Positions 26,801 to 40,100 are shown, counted from the first letter of the stretch. The stretch is DNA of 64,000 nt from Octopus vulgaris (GCA_951406725.2 OX597815.1:51708001-51772000); one strand, 5' to 3'. Notes: generated by a model not told the origin, from the sequence alone. A program made the numbers and translations.

Positions 26801-27932
26801 AAACTCTGTTTTTCCTTTCCCTACCATTTTCATCTCAACCCTGAAGGACTCAGCCTAAATTGTTAAAATCTCCATAACACACCATCATCATCATCATCCT
26901 TTTAATGTTCACTTTTCCATGCTTGTCTAGATCAGACAAATCTTACTGAGGCAAATTTTTCTATGGCCTGATGCCCTTCCTGTGACCAACCCATACCTGT
27001 TTCCAAGCAAGCTAATGTTTCCCCGTAGAAAACTTCTTTTCACAGAATATTGGAAATGAATGTTACTGCTTGTATGACAGTGACAATCATTTTACAACTA
27101 CCATATAATGTCCAGACAAGGACACACAAACATGCACACACTCATATAAACATGCATACATACATACGATCAGCTTCTATCAGTTTCTGTCTACTAAATC
27201 CATCCAAAGGCCTTGACCAGCTTGGGGCTCTATCAAAAAACACTTGTCCAAGACACTTGACCAAGCCCAGAACCATGTGTTTGGGAAGCAAACATCTTAA
27301 CACACAGCCACCCCAGTGTCTACAGAATACAAGGTTAACAGACTTTGAAATTTCATTATAACCTTCAAAAATTATGCAGCATAAACATCTACAAACTTAT
27401 TTCATTTCAAGTCGCTATTTCTTGAAATCCATCAATAAGTTTATGACTTGATAAAACGTTTGCATGCTGTTAGAGTTTCCTTTCATGATACTTATAAGAA
27501 ACAATACAGTACAGTTAATGCTTAATTTAAGTTCGATTTCAGCCAAAAAAAAAAAAAAGAAAGATTTGTAGAGTTGTAGGGAGTAATTATTAGGGAAAAT
27601 CTATTTAGTGCACAGACGCAGAAGAGAGAAGAAAAGAGAAGTGCATCTGGCGAATTTTCCCGGAGATGATTTTCAAGCCGGTTTTGTAAGGGAGAGAACT
27701 CGCACATTATTTAATGAAAATAGAATCACAACATATGAAATTAAGGACAGAGGCCGATGTAATAATTGTAAAAGAGGTAGACAACAAATGTCTCGGAAAG
27801 CCGATAAGTGTAATGAGCTGGTGAGTGAATTCTTGTCAGTCAACCAATGGCCTTCTTTTGCATGCAGTCTAGGGTGTTTGTAGTAGTAGTAATCCCAATA
27901 TTATCTTTTATCTTGTTCCACTCATTAGATTG

Positions 27933-28167
27933 GGGGCGAGCTGGTAAAAACGTTAGCACGCCGGGTAAAATGCTCAGCAGTAAGTATTTCGTCTGTCGCT
28001 ACGTTCTCAGTTCAAATTCCGCCGAGGTCGACTTTGCCTTTCATCCTTTCGGGGTCGATAAATTAAGTACCAGTTACGCACTGGGGTCGATATAATCGAC
28101 TAAATCCGTTTGTCTGTCCTTGTTTGTCCTCTCTGTGTTTAGCCCCTTGTGGGTAGTAAAGAAATAG
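27933..28167 (+). mobile_element. SINE family B, young copy
   Basis: ggcgagctgg...gttcaaattccgccgaggtcgactttgcctttcatcctttcggggtcgataaattaagtacc with CpGs intact. Confidence 0.85.
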
Positions 28168-29317
28168 CTCATGCTGGGGGCACCGCCTGCTTGAGACCAA
28201 CTCTCGTTCTCTGAAGCAAACTTCCAGTTTTGAAGTATTCTAAATTAAAACCTATCAGAATTTTACGTTAATTTATGTTCCAAAACAGTTTAGTAATGAA
28301 AAAGTTATTTTAAGAAATTCTTCATTATATTTAAATAAACAGAAACGATGGCAGAAATACGGCAACAAAAGGATTAAGGGTCCCAGTACTTATTTTTGAA
28401 AACCTGGTATCTATTCTATCGCTAAATAATGAGAACGTAAACAAACCAACACAGGTTTCAAGTGGTGTTCATACAGAGGAGGAGGAGGAGAGGAAACTTC
28501 ATATCTGTGAGCTAGAAGTTAGGTCAACTGATCAAAATTGAAGTACTTTCTGGTCTTCATGAAGAAACCTAGAATATACTATGTAGATTTGGCAATTCTG
28601 TGATAATGTAAAGTTATTGTGAAAAGTCAGGGGTTATATAACTTTGTAGTAATGTTGAGGATTTAAATGAGTAGTTCATAGATAAGGAGAGAATGTTATT
28701 CAGATTTAGGGTGGATGACTATTTCTTTGGTATGTGTAGTGACTGTCTTTGTGCTGTTGGAAGACACTAGATTATCGTATCCCAATTCAACGATTTTCTC
28801 GGTCTTTGTTCATAAAAACAGAACGTTTAGGATGTATGTGGATGATGTATCTATGTCAACAATTAAACCGCATGGACAAAACCTTGAACAAAGCTGCATA
28901 GCAATGCCTACCTTGGATGAATATGTACTGCAAATTAATCAACCAAATGCACATAAATGCTACATCAAAGGACACTAGGACACCTATCCAACAGAAACTT
29001 GTGTCGGATTGGAATTTGATAAGAATAATACTGTGATAAATAAATTTTGAAGATGTATAATTCTCCATTCTTTATGCTGTCTTGATGTTATACTCTGCAT
29101 GCTGTATGAAATCCAATGAAACAAACTCAGGAGTTATCTACCAAGTGAAGTATCAGTTAATTGTTTATTGTAAATGATTCTGTACGTTTCTCTGTCATTC
29201 GATGTAGTTAGCCAGATCTAGATTATATCAGAGTGGTAATAAGGTACCTGCACAGATTTTAAATCCTTATTCCTTAATGCTATATATACGTATATGCATG
29301 CATATATATATATATAT

Positions 29318-29500
29318 AGGGAGAATTCATGAAAAAGACAAGTGGTATAGAAAACAAACAGATGTATTAGTATAACGCTCGGAAATTGAAAAAGTCTTTT
29401 ACGTTTCGAGCCTATGCTCTTCCACAGAAAGGAACACAGAAAGAAACAAGGAGAGAAAAAAAATGTGTGTAGTGGCTACCGATCTATCATGCCAACTGAT
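29318..29500 (-). mobile_element. Solo PLE 3'-end fragment with hammerhead-like motif
   Basis: Homologous to about 7290-7500; CCTTT CTGTGGA A GAGC-ATAG-GCTC GAAA CGT A AAAG on the - strand at 29396-29432; TA runs on both sides. Confidence 0.75.
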
Positions 29501-29573
29501 AAATATATATATATATAACACAATAGGTAAAACATAAGAATTGATGCATAGCGCTACATTAAATAATAAGTTA

Positions 29574-29732
29574 CAAAATTTAAACAGAAACACAGCAAAG
29601 GAACAAATGGAAAATTCACACACAAGATGGGACATTGCTCATTCCTCATCATTTATCAAAAGAATGAGCAGTATCCCATCTTGTGTGTGGATTTTCCATT
29701 TGTTCCTTTGTTATGTTTCTGTTTAAATTTTG
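29574..29732. repeat. Inverted repeat, about 71-bp arms and 17-nt loop
   Basis: caaaatttaaacagaaac...gctcattc / gaatgagc...gtttctgtttaaattttg. Confidence 0.92.
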
Positions 29733-31069
29733 GAATGTATTATATATATATATATATATATATCGCCACATGTCGATGATACGTAAAAGCAGCAACCGAT
29801 AGTGGCCATTTGCCAGCCTCCTCTGGCCCCTGTGTCGGTGGCACATAAAAAAACACCCACTACACTCATGGAGTGGTTGGCGTTAGGAAGGGCATCCAGC
29901 TGTAGAAACAATGCCAGGTCAGACTGGGGCCTGGTGCAGCCTCCTGGCTTCCCAGACCCTGGTCGAACCATCCAACCCATGCTAGCATGGAAAACAGTAG
30001 TTAAATGATGATGATGATGATATATATATATATATATATATATATATGGGGTTCATATAATTTTTTCATTTCCTTATTAATTGCTACTCTTGCATATTCA
30101 CCTTCGTGTAACTTGAGAGTATGCTCTAACATATTTTCACCACCATCTCTCTTTTCTGATTGGGGTAGCCATGTATCCCACCTACAGCAAGACACCTATA
30201 TCTGTCTCTCAATCATGCTTTAACTTCTCATCACCTGGCATAAAGCCACCTTCCTCAATACTACTCCCCACTCAGTTGAGGTGCCTTATCTTGTGAGATT
30301 CATAGTGGCCTCACTGGTGCTAGTGCTAAGTAAAAAGCACCTAGTACACTGTAAAGTGGTTGGCATTAGGACAGCTATAGAAACAGACATTGGAGCTCAG
30401 TGTAATCTTCTGTCTCACCAGCACCTGTGGAACTGTTCAATCTATGTATTACTGAACTTTCCCTCCTCCACACATAATGTTACATACACATTTTTTGCTT
30501 TACCAACTATACTTGTGCTTGCTGACTGGACCTGACAACTGCAAGGAATGGTTTATTTTTCTTGGAAGAATAAATTGACTATTTTGATGTTCATGGGAAC
30601 TTGCATGCCTCTTTTCTTTTTGGCCAGTTACACTTCTTCACTAGATGGTCAAATTAATATTCTTCAGGTTGAAGTTGGTTGAAGGAGTTCAGGAAACAGC
30701 AGAAGCAACAAATAAATTTAAGAAAGTAGGGAAGAGACATTCTTAACAAGAGTAACTGGAAGTATTATTGCTGAGATCTTGATAAGAAAGATGAGTGATA
30801 GCAAGAGTGATGCTACTCGTTAAAGTAAAGTTAGGTATAGAAAATAGTTTGAGCAGCAGAGATTGATTAGAAATATAGCATAAGATTTGGGTCTCAGACA
30901 GAAATATTGTGTGATTTTTGTGTTAATAGGTGTGAGACTAGAAAACAGTTGGGGTAGTCTGGGCAGCACAATACAAAAACAGGAATGAGACTGTACTGTC
31001 GACAGTCTTCACTAAATATCAAGCCTGGTACACTGGATGATGAGGAAGCAGATGAGGATCGAGTTCTTG

Positions 31070-31790
31070 ATGGAGGACACCCATAAGCACAGCTTAAGCA
31101 GTTACTCCAAAGTACTGAGTAATAAGGATGCTATCAATGGAGATACCATCACGGAAGCAATTTCTAACAGGATCAGTAACGGTAAAAATATCAGCACTAC
31201 GGCCAGAATGATAGCCTTTGTTAAGGAGAGAAGACAGCGAAAATACACAAAAATAGCCGCGAAGGATTACTTTCCACGGGTTGAAGAAAGCTGAACTGGA
31301 AAAACAACTAGAATTTCCAGCACATATCATCCAGACCCCGCTTAGACCAAATAACATCTTGGTTTCTAAGACAACAACGTAGCTAATCCTATTGGAGTTA
31401 ACTGTGTCTTGGGAGGAGACGATAGAAGAGGCGCAATAGAGAAAGAGAATCGTGTACCAGGAATTGGTAGAGGATTGTCACAAGAATGAATGGAGAACAT
31501 GGTGTTTGCCTGTGGAGGCTGGCAGTCGAGAATTCACAGGTTGAAAGGCTTGTGGAAATGTTAGAGGAGGAATCAAAACAGCCATCAAGGATAACGTAGA
31601 AGCTGTTGAGAAGGCACCTATATGGCCTTGGCTGGAAAGAGGTAATTAGTAGAAGTAGTAGAATGCGCTCGGACTTAAGTCTAGATTTGATCAACCTGGG
31701 CCCAGTCACTTGAATGAGGGTGTATGTTGTAAGACCTGAGACACTCCTCGACTAGTATACAAACACTGACGATGTATCGAAGCATGTTAA
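31070..31790 (+). mobile_element. Degraded HERO-like (RLE) non-LTR retrotransposon 3' fragment
   Basis: L.KQLEFP.HI.QT.LRP...VS.....ILLELTVSWEE.IEEA..RK...Y.ELVE.C....W...C.PVE.G.R with stops. Confidence 0.7.
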
Positions 31791-32404
31791 GCTATTTACA
31801 AGATGATACGAATTTGTATAGTTTGAAAGAATAGAATTCTATGGTTAGATGTTTTCGTTCTCATCCCAGAGTATAACAGGAGATAATTTGTGATTAAATA
31901 TAACAGTAAAGATACGATAAAAAGAATTATACACAAGAAAACTAAGTAACATGAACGTCCAATGAACATGTGACAGTAGAAAATATAAACAAACTTCCCT
32001 TCTTAATTATACCCACACACTTTCATATATGCAATAAGATAACAGTTACAGAGAATTTCCACCCACACAGAATTTAAACATAAATCAAAATAGAAATTAA
32101 GTAAAAGTTAAGTTAGGGCTGAATTTACCTGATTTCAATGACACCGGAGGGTAAACTTAAAGTATATTAGCAACAGCACCGCCGGTGTAAATTCTGAGCA
32201 CGTAATCGCTTAAAGAATAATCAACGAAATTATTTTTATTTTAATCATAAAAGAAATAAGCGTACACTTTTCTGGAAATTTTTCTGTTCGTTAGTTTGTG
32301 TTTTTTTTTTTTTTTTTTTTTTTACAAATAAGATATGTTGTGCTTTTGTTGCTTCTATATATCTTATCAGTTTAGAAATCCCCTTCACTAAAGCTATCAA
32401 GGTT

Positions 32405-33743
32405 ATGAGTGCAAGGGAGATAACTAATAAGTATTGTTGGTCAGATTTAAGTCAACAAATCTATTTGCTAGCTATGCTGTTCCAGCTTCCTTCTTCTATC
32501 AAAAGAATTTTTTATAACCAGGTAAGAAAACAGAATCCAATATCTCTGTTCGAAATATGCAGTGCAAATACTATAATTCGTCCCAAGTGTCCACGATTTA
32601 ATGCTTATGCTTCAAAAATATGCCTTTTATCCACCGTTCCCAGCTTCGAACTGTCTCAAACTGACACTAAAACATCGCGGAAAACGACTAACAAAGTCTC
32701 TCGAAGACGACCTGTCTCATTCAATGTTGGTCATGGTATCTACGATTCCTTGTCACTTTCAGAACATATTCGTCCAATGGAAAATATGGAATTTTATGGA
32801 AAACTGAAAAGCTCCAGCAATCTATCTGCAAAGGATCTGCTTCAAAATCTTCACTCGAATAAACAATTTCCCTTATATGAATTAAAAGAAATTGAACAAA
32901 CGATTTTAGGAAAATTTTCTGAATTGGAATTGAACGAAAAGTTTTTAGTAGCTCATTTATTTTTCTCGTGTTATTTTCGTTGTCCTAAGTATTTGAGTAC
33001 ATTATTTGAATACATCGACAACGAATTTGATCACGTTATTAATGAACCGAGCATATTAAAACTAACCCTGTTCTATATATACTTCCATGGAAGTGGACCA
33101 GAGACTTTGTTACAAAAAATAGAAGACCACTTGTCTGGAATAGTCATGGATCTTAGTGCAGATGAAATTGGCTTGGTCTGTTTGGGATATTTCCGTGCTA
33201 ACCGAAGAATCTTTTCTTTTAACCTTCTCGATGAGTTTGCCGAAAGAACACTTGCACAGTTAGGATCGTTTAAACCTAATCACCTCATAAATGTGCTGAA
33301 GGCTTTTCGCCATGCTGGTTATTGTAAAGTAAGTTTTTTTGAAAGACTTGCCGACCAACTAATATTGAATGATTTATTAAATGGGTTTTCTCTCAATCAA
33401 ATCATGCATGTCGTGATGGCATTCGCTTCCACTAGAATCTACCATCCTGCTTTGATTCATCACTGTTTAGTAAGAGCCTTGGCTATAGTCAACGACAGGC
33501 CTTCAATTCGTTCCAAAGAAATAGGTAGAATCATATGGGCTGTGGGAACTTTAGGCATAACTGAGTCAGATATGACCATCGTTGAAACTCTTATAGATAT
33601 TCATTCCCAAATTGAAGATCAAGGCAACAATGAATATCCAGAGTCTGTCTGTGATACTGTTATAGGTTCCATATTTCTTGGAATCTTTCCCCCAAATCTT
33701 ATCAACTATTTAATGAAAGATGAAAATGTTGAATTATTGCAAG
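32405..33743 (+). CDS. FASTKD5: FAST kinase domain-containing protein (FASTKD5-like), coding exon 1
   Basis: 446 open codons of helical-repeat character; basic, Ser-rich N-terminus (mitochondrial presequence-like); AAG|GT donor, phase 1; alternative start ATG at 32474. Confidence 0.85.
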
Positions 33744-35763
33744 GTTTGTTGTTTGTCATTTTTTACTACATTATAATAATAATAATGAGCTTATTGTATA
33801 ATGTTCAGGTGCACTACATGAATTCTAAATTATACCTAAACAATAGTTAATTTGACTTTTTTGTAGTTGTTTGCAAAAAAATGCTTTTCAACCTGGTAGA
33901 GTTCATTTATTCTAGAGATAAATGCTTCAAGCACTTGGGGCTCTGGTAAAATTAAACATTTCCTCAGTTAAAAATCTGGCATACAATATTATTACACTAG
34001 TTAGAAATATAATCTAGAATTCATTTGCCTAATAACTGTTTAGCTGGAGTGTTCCTTTATGTCTCCAAATAATCCACTTAAAACTGGTTGCCTCTATTTA
34101 TCTAATTAGAGAATATGTGCTCAAGCTTTATGGAGAAAGTTACATGCTCTAAGCTAAGATCTTTCCATTTATCTGACTGAAACTTCAGAAATGTAATCTA
34201 TATTTTTAACCCTATAAAACTAATAGTTTTTGAAAGGATTAATTTTCTAAATTTTCAGTGTGATTGCACTCAACTTTATATCAAAATTACTGCATATTTA
34301 TGGGGAGGTTTTTTACTTCCTACTAATCAAATTACCTCATCTCATCTTTCATCTTTGAGGTTACTGTATCTGCTAGAAATCTCTCTATCTCTTTGTCTTA
34401 AAATACATATTGGAAGGACATACTGGACGCTCCTGCAGCAGAAGTTTTAAGATCAATCCTTCTGGTGATGTAAAGCACTTGTGACAGTGCCTGTGTGGCA
34501 ACATGTAAAGGCACCTGTGAGGCAACACATAAAAGCACCTATGCAATGCTACATAAAAGCGCCCATGCAGTGCCACATAAAAGTGGTTGGCATTAGGAAG
34601 GGCATTCAGCCATAGAAACCATGCCAAATCAAACTGGAATCTGGTACAGCTCTCCAGCTTGCCACCTCTAGTTACACTATTCAACTCATACCAGCATGGA
34701 CAATGGACGTTAAATGATGATATATAAACAGATAGTTGGAATGTTTTGATCACAGGTTTACTTGATCAGAGCTGACCTGTGGTTAAATAACAACATTCTT
34801 GGAGGTACACTCAACATTCAGTGTAGCAAAATTTAATGAATTGCATAATTGCGTTTTATCTTTTTAGCAATATCATAACGCTTTACAGTGCCTCCAAGAT
34901 TGGTAGGAAAGAGGTAGAAAGATATCTCAAATCATAAATCTTGCCTAAATGCTTGCAACAGAGTACCCAAGGTACCATGTCATGGTATTGAACCCAGCAG
35001 TGAATAAAGTCTATCACCCATGTAGGACATGGTAGAATTTGAAGTTAGTATACAAAGCTCATACATACATACATACATGAGATAGTATAAGGTTTAGGGA
35101 GATTTGATTGTTATTTCTATCAGGCCAAGATACTATGTTGAGGTGCCCACATATCTATCTCCATTCCCTTTTACTGTCAACATATATGGTGCACTGAAGT
35201 GTTGTAAATGTTGTCAGAGAAGTGAGAAACTAAAGTATAAATTTATGAAAAGTTACTTTTTACATCTTCAGAACCTTCAGTGTTCAGAATGTTGAACTTC
35301 TAAAACTGTTTTGAAAAAAAAAAATCAAATGTAAAAAAAAGTTGAATGTGCAAACAAATGCTGGCTATTAATTTTAATAACTTTCTACTATAAATGTTGA
35401 ACTTTTTCAAGCAAATGGTGCATGTAGAGGAGAGTACAATTCATTTTCCCAGAAAAAAATGGTGAATTGAAAGGGAATGTGTTTTTAATTCAGGAAGGTT
35501 GTTTTTAGGTAGTCATCTCCTTTCACTCACTATGTCATCTCCATCTTCTGGCTAGTAAGAGAGGCTCTGTCAGCTTCAAACCATTAAACTATGCTACAGA
35601 CAAAAAAAGCAGTCAAATAATGGAATGACTGATGGTGATTCTTCAAAACATTGCCAGAAATGTGTCCTAGGTGACTCCCTATATCTTCAACATCATAATA
35701 GTAATGCTGTAAATAGTATATTGCATCTACTTATGTTCACTTAACTTATTTCTTTTCATAAAG

Positions 35764-35858
35764 GGCTTCGTGGTTTGGAAAAGAAATCTCAACTTCTCTT
35801 GATACATAACTCAACACACATTGAATGCCCAGATTATAAAGGCCTAAGGCTTAAAAAG
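35764..35858 (+). CDS. FASTKD5: FASTKD5-like coding exon 2
   Basis: tttcataaag| ... AAG|gtgagt; LLLIHNSTHIECPDYKGLRL (FAST_2-type IECPDYxGxRL motif); phase 1 to 0. Confidence 0.9.
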
Positions 35859-36124
35859 GTGAGTATAGATCTAAATACACACACACATACACATTTTTCA
35901 GAAAAAAAGATGCAGTTTGATCCTGGTTTTCAGTAGTAAAAATAAAAACGGACACATTCATATATGTGTCAGTGATGGGCCTCCACACAGTTTCCAACTA
36001 CCAAATTTCAGTCACAAGGTCAGCCTAGGGTTACAATAGAAGAAACTTACCTAAGATGCCATTCATTGGGGTTTAACCCAGAAACACATGGTTACAAAAA
36101 GCGCACATTTGTTTCTGTAACTAA

Positions 36125-36715
36125 TCATCCTTTCACCTACAGGCAAAAGGCATGAGATTTTCAGGGAGAGGGTTAGTCAATTACATCAACTCCAGTACTT
36201 GACTGGTACTTATTTCATCAACCCCAAAGAGATGAAAGACAAAGTCGACCTCGGTGGAATTTGAACTCATTTTGTCCAGTGTGTTAAAGATTCTGCCAGC
36301 TTGCTGCCTTATGTCTGTATTTAATTATGTTTTCAAATTATAGTGCAAGGCCAGCAATTTTGAGAGAAGGGATGAGTAATTTACTTTATTGACCCTGAAA
36401 GGATGAAAGGCAAGTCAACCTCAGCAGAATTTGAACTCAGAACATAAAGATGGAGGAAATGCCACTAAGCATTTTGCCTTGCTGCCTTATGTCTGTATCT
36501 TGTAACTGGTTTCAAATTTTGGCCCAGGGCCAGCATTTCAGGGGAAGGGCTAAGTTTATTACATCGACCATGCTCGACTGGTACTTATTTTATTGACCCC
36601 AAAAGGATGAAAGGCAAAATTGACCTCATTAAATGATGCTGATGAACATAAAGACAGACAAAATGCTACTTAGCATTTTGCTAACAATTCTGCCAGCTTG
36701 CAGCTTTATGTCTGT
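36125..36715 (-). mobile_element. Three tandem SINE family B copies
   Basis: Each unit contains gatgaaag(g/a)caaag and ends ttgctgccttatgtctgtat or a close variant. Confidence 0.75.
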
Positions 36716-37124
36716 ATCTAATAATAAAACTTAAAACTACATGGGAACTTCTCTATGGTCACTTAAACTAGAAATAGGGAAATTTTTCACTAAATGTAAG
36801 GAGGAAGATTTGGATATAGTGTTGAGTGTGTGAAAAAAAGTAATGAGAAAAGGAGAGACAAATTGGTTAGAATTACTTGAATGGAGTTGGTATGAGTTCT
36901 GAAGAGTAGAGCCTTTTATAGTATAAATAGAAAAGGCTGCAGGAGGAAACAACACACCTGTGGGCTAGAGGCCGGAGCATGTCTCTGAGTGATTTTATGC
37001 CTATCAGTCAGGTGACTTTTCTTTATCTTGCATTTTTTAAATATAGGTTTTCATGAAAGATCAGAGTTATCAATATTTCTCTTTCATATTTTATATTTAT
37101 TGAGGTTTTTTTCTATTATTGTAG

Positions 37125-37284
37125 CAAGCAGTAAAGAAATTTCAGGTGTCAGATTTTCAAAGGGCCATCAAATTTGAACTGAAAACTCGTTCTGGTTTAA
37201 GTCCAATCTATGAACAACTTGTAGAATTAATTGGATCAAGAAAAGTACACTGCCACATGATACTACCACACTTTACAACAGCAG
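37125..37284 (+). CDS. FASTKD5: FASTKD5-like coding exon 3
   Basis: ttgtag| ... CAG|gtt; LVELIGSRKVHCHMILPHFTTA; phase 0 to 1. Confidence 0.9.
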
Positions 37285-37799
37285 GTTAACATTTTCCCTT
37301 ATCTTTTCAATCAAATATTCTCTCACTTTTTAAATTATTAAAAGATTTTGCAACTACTTTTGTAAATAATGTAAGTTTGGTTCTCACATCTGATCATTAT
37401 CAAACATCTATTTTTTTATGCTTGCATTGGATGGACAAGTTTTCTCATACACAGCATCTCATTACTTGTTTCCCTTTGTCATCTCTTTCATAAAGTTTAA
37501 CCCCCTGCACTTCATGAAATCTCCTTATGCTTTCCTTGGTCTTCCTCTTTCATATGGATCACTTGGCACTTCTTTACCCTACGGTTAAAAGATTAATTCC
37601 AAGTAATTTTAGTGAACATTTTTCCATGCTTGCCTAAGTGAAATGGTTATTATTGGACCAATTCTTTCTACTACTGGATGCTCTTCTAATTCCCCGTCGC
37701 CAACCAACCAAATATGTTGTTAAACAGATAAGAAATAGGCAGAGTTATGTCCCCTGCGTTGTTATAAAACTGATTCCGTTCCATATGTAGTCAGTTAAT

Positions 37800-38168
37800 A
37801 TTCTTTTCTACTCTAAGCACAAGGCCCGAAATTCTGGGGAAGGGGCCAGTCGATTAGATCGACCTCAGTACGCAACTGGTACTTAATTTATCGACCCCGA
37901 AAGGATGAAAGGCAAAGTCGACCTCGGCGGGCAGTCACTTAATATTATAACACGCCAGAAGGCAACGTGCTGGCAGAATCGTTAGCATGTCAGGCAAAAT
38001 ACTGAGCGGCATTTTGTCGTCTTTACATTCTAAGTTTAAATTCCATCGAGGTCAGCTTTGCCTTTCATCCTTTCAGAGCCGGTAAAATCAGTACCAGTTG
38101 AGCATTGGGGTGTATGTAATTGACTTACTCCCTCGTTTAAATTGTTGTTGTGCCAAATTTGAAACCAG
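37800..38168. mobile_element. Inverted pair of SINE family B copies
   Basis: Minus copy 37800-37930 and plus copy about 37960-38168 share the reverse-complementary core. Confidence 0.8.
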
Positions 38169-38214
38169 CAATTAAATAGCAGAAGAATAACTTTTTTTTT
38201 TTTTTTTTTTTCAG

Positions 38215-38377
38215 ATATTGAACTTCACCTAAACTCTGACAACTGCCCTTTAACGTTCACACCATCAAGTGTGAAATTAGATTCAGATGATAAAAAAACT
38301 ATTAAATTCCAACAAAGTGTTACTGAAGATTTATTAGAGCAACTTACCAACCCAGCTGGCAAACAAACTGAGTACAG
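38215..38377 (+). CDS. FASTKD5: FASTKD5-like coding exon 4
   Basis: poly-T cag| DIELHLNSDNCPL...VTEDLLEQLT; phase 1 to 2; donor could also be 6 or 12 nt downstream. Confidence 0.85.
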
Positions 38378-39394
38378 GTACAGGTGCAGGTCTTAATTAT
38401 CATTTTTACTTACATGTTTTATGCAGTGAACTAGATACAAATAGCCCCATGCAAATGAATCTTTTGTTTACAAAGATCACACACCGGTCAAGAAGTCTGG
38501 ATATGTTTTTGTAGTGGACTAGTGCAAGCAAAGACTTCATGAGTGAACATAAAGGACTTACAAATTCAACCACACACACACATACTTCATCATTGTCATC
38601 ATCACCATCCTTAACATCCATTTTTCCCATGCTGGCATAGGTTGGACAGATTGACTAGAGCTACCAAGAAAGCTGCACCAGGTTTCAGTCTGATTTAGCT
38701 TGGTTTTTATAGCTGGATGCCCTTCCTAATGCCAACCACTTTACAGAGAGTGCTGGGCACTTTTATGTAGTACCAGCGTGGGTGCTTTTTGTGTGGCACC
38801 GGTACAGGGCTCATGCAAGCCAATCCTCTTCAGCAGAGGGAGTGGCTTATGTATGCTCTGTGTGTGTGTGTCTCCCAAATCTGCTCACAGGACTGCAGCA
38901 GAAAGCACTTACCCAAGGTGTCACACTGAGACTGAACCTGGAAGCAAATCTTAACCACGCAGTGGTTTTCCACTTCTGTTTTCATTTCTAAGACACACAC
39001 AAATAATCTAATTTGCATATCAATGTAATGAAGAATATATATGCTCTAAAGATTAAGAAAGTTATGGAGCATTTTCCTTATTTTTCTCATAAAGTTTGAA
39101 TTCTTAATTAAGTTCTTACTATCAACTTCAAATATTAAATAATTCATTTATTATAATTACTGTTACAATTGTTCCTATTATGGTGGCAAGCTGGCAGAAT
39201 CGTTAACAAGCCAGGTGAAATGTTTAGCAGCATTTCATCCATCTTTACATTCCAAGTTCAAATTCTGCTAAGGTTGACTTTGCCTTTCATCCTTTCTGAG
39301 TCAATTAAATAAGTTCCAATTAAGTACTGGGGTCGATGATATCTACTAGCACCTTCCCTCTAAATTTCAGGCCTTGGGCCTATAATAGAAAGGA

Positions 39395-39401
39395 TTATTA
39401 C

Positions 39402-39450
<49 letters not shown>

Positions 39451-40100
39451 GAGTGAGCGAGCAGAGCATGCCATCAAAGTGACTCTGGGGTAAAATATAC
39501 GAAGCCCAGTATACCCATCATGACTACCCGTCTGATAAGGGTACACCAGGCACATGCATCACAACCATATGTGCGCGACATGGTGATCTCATATCAAGAT
39601 AAACAGCACATGACCTTGCAGGTGGAGCCCAGTTAGAATTTTCTTCAGATCGAGTAACCCATCCCGCTCAAAAGGTCCCTGAATAAGGGTTGTTTAAGGA
39701 CGTTGAACGAAACACCCATGTTTCCAGAGGTGAATTATTCAAACCCGAAAGAATCCTTCTCAACACATGGCTATGATGCTCCCCCACTACTTCTGCTCGT
39801 GATCAGAGATGCACATATCGTCAGCCACTAAGGGACATGCTCAACTGGTTAAGGTCAAACAACTGACAAGCAAATCTGTGGTATTGAGCAGAATATTTGC
39901 TGTAGCCCATCTTTTATACCAAGACAAAACAATGTACATGATAACACTTCCAATCAGTTAAGATCAGAAGCCATGAGAGCCACTGCCTGGTAGTAGTAGT
40001 AGTAGTAGTATTATTATTATTATCATTATTATTATTATTATTATTATTTTTATTTTTATTATTATTATTATTATTTATTATTATTATTATTATTATTATT
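39395..40100. repeat. (TAT)n arrays flanking a roughly 540-bp non-coding, CpG-retaining segment (39451-39990)
   Basis: Direct reading; the segment is probably a repeat but its identity is unknown. Confidence 0.7.

Noticed and set aside
33744-33850. 3' tail of the 481-aa ORF
   Set aside because: Read-through into intron 1; homology continues in exon 2 after the donor at 33744.
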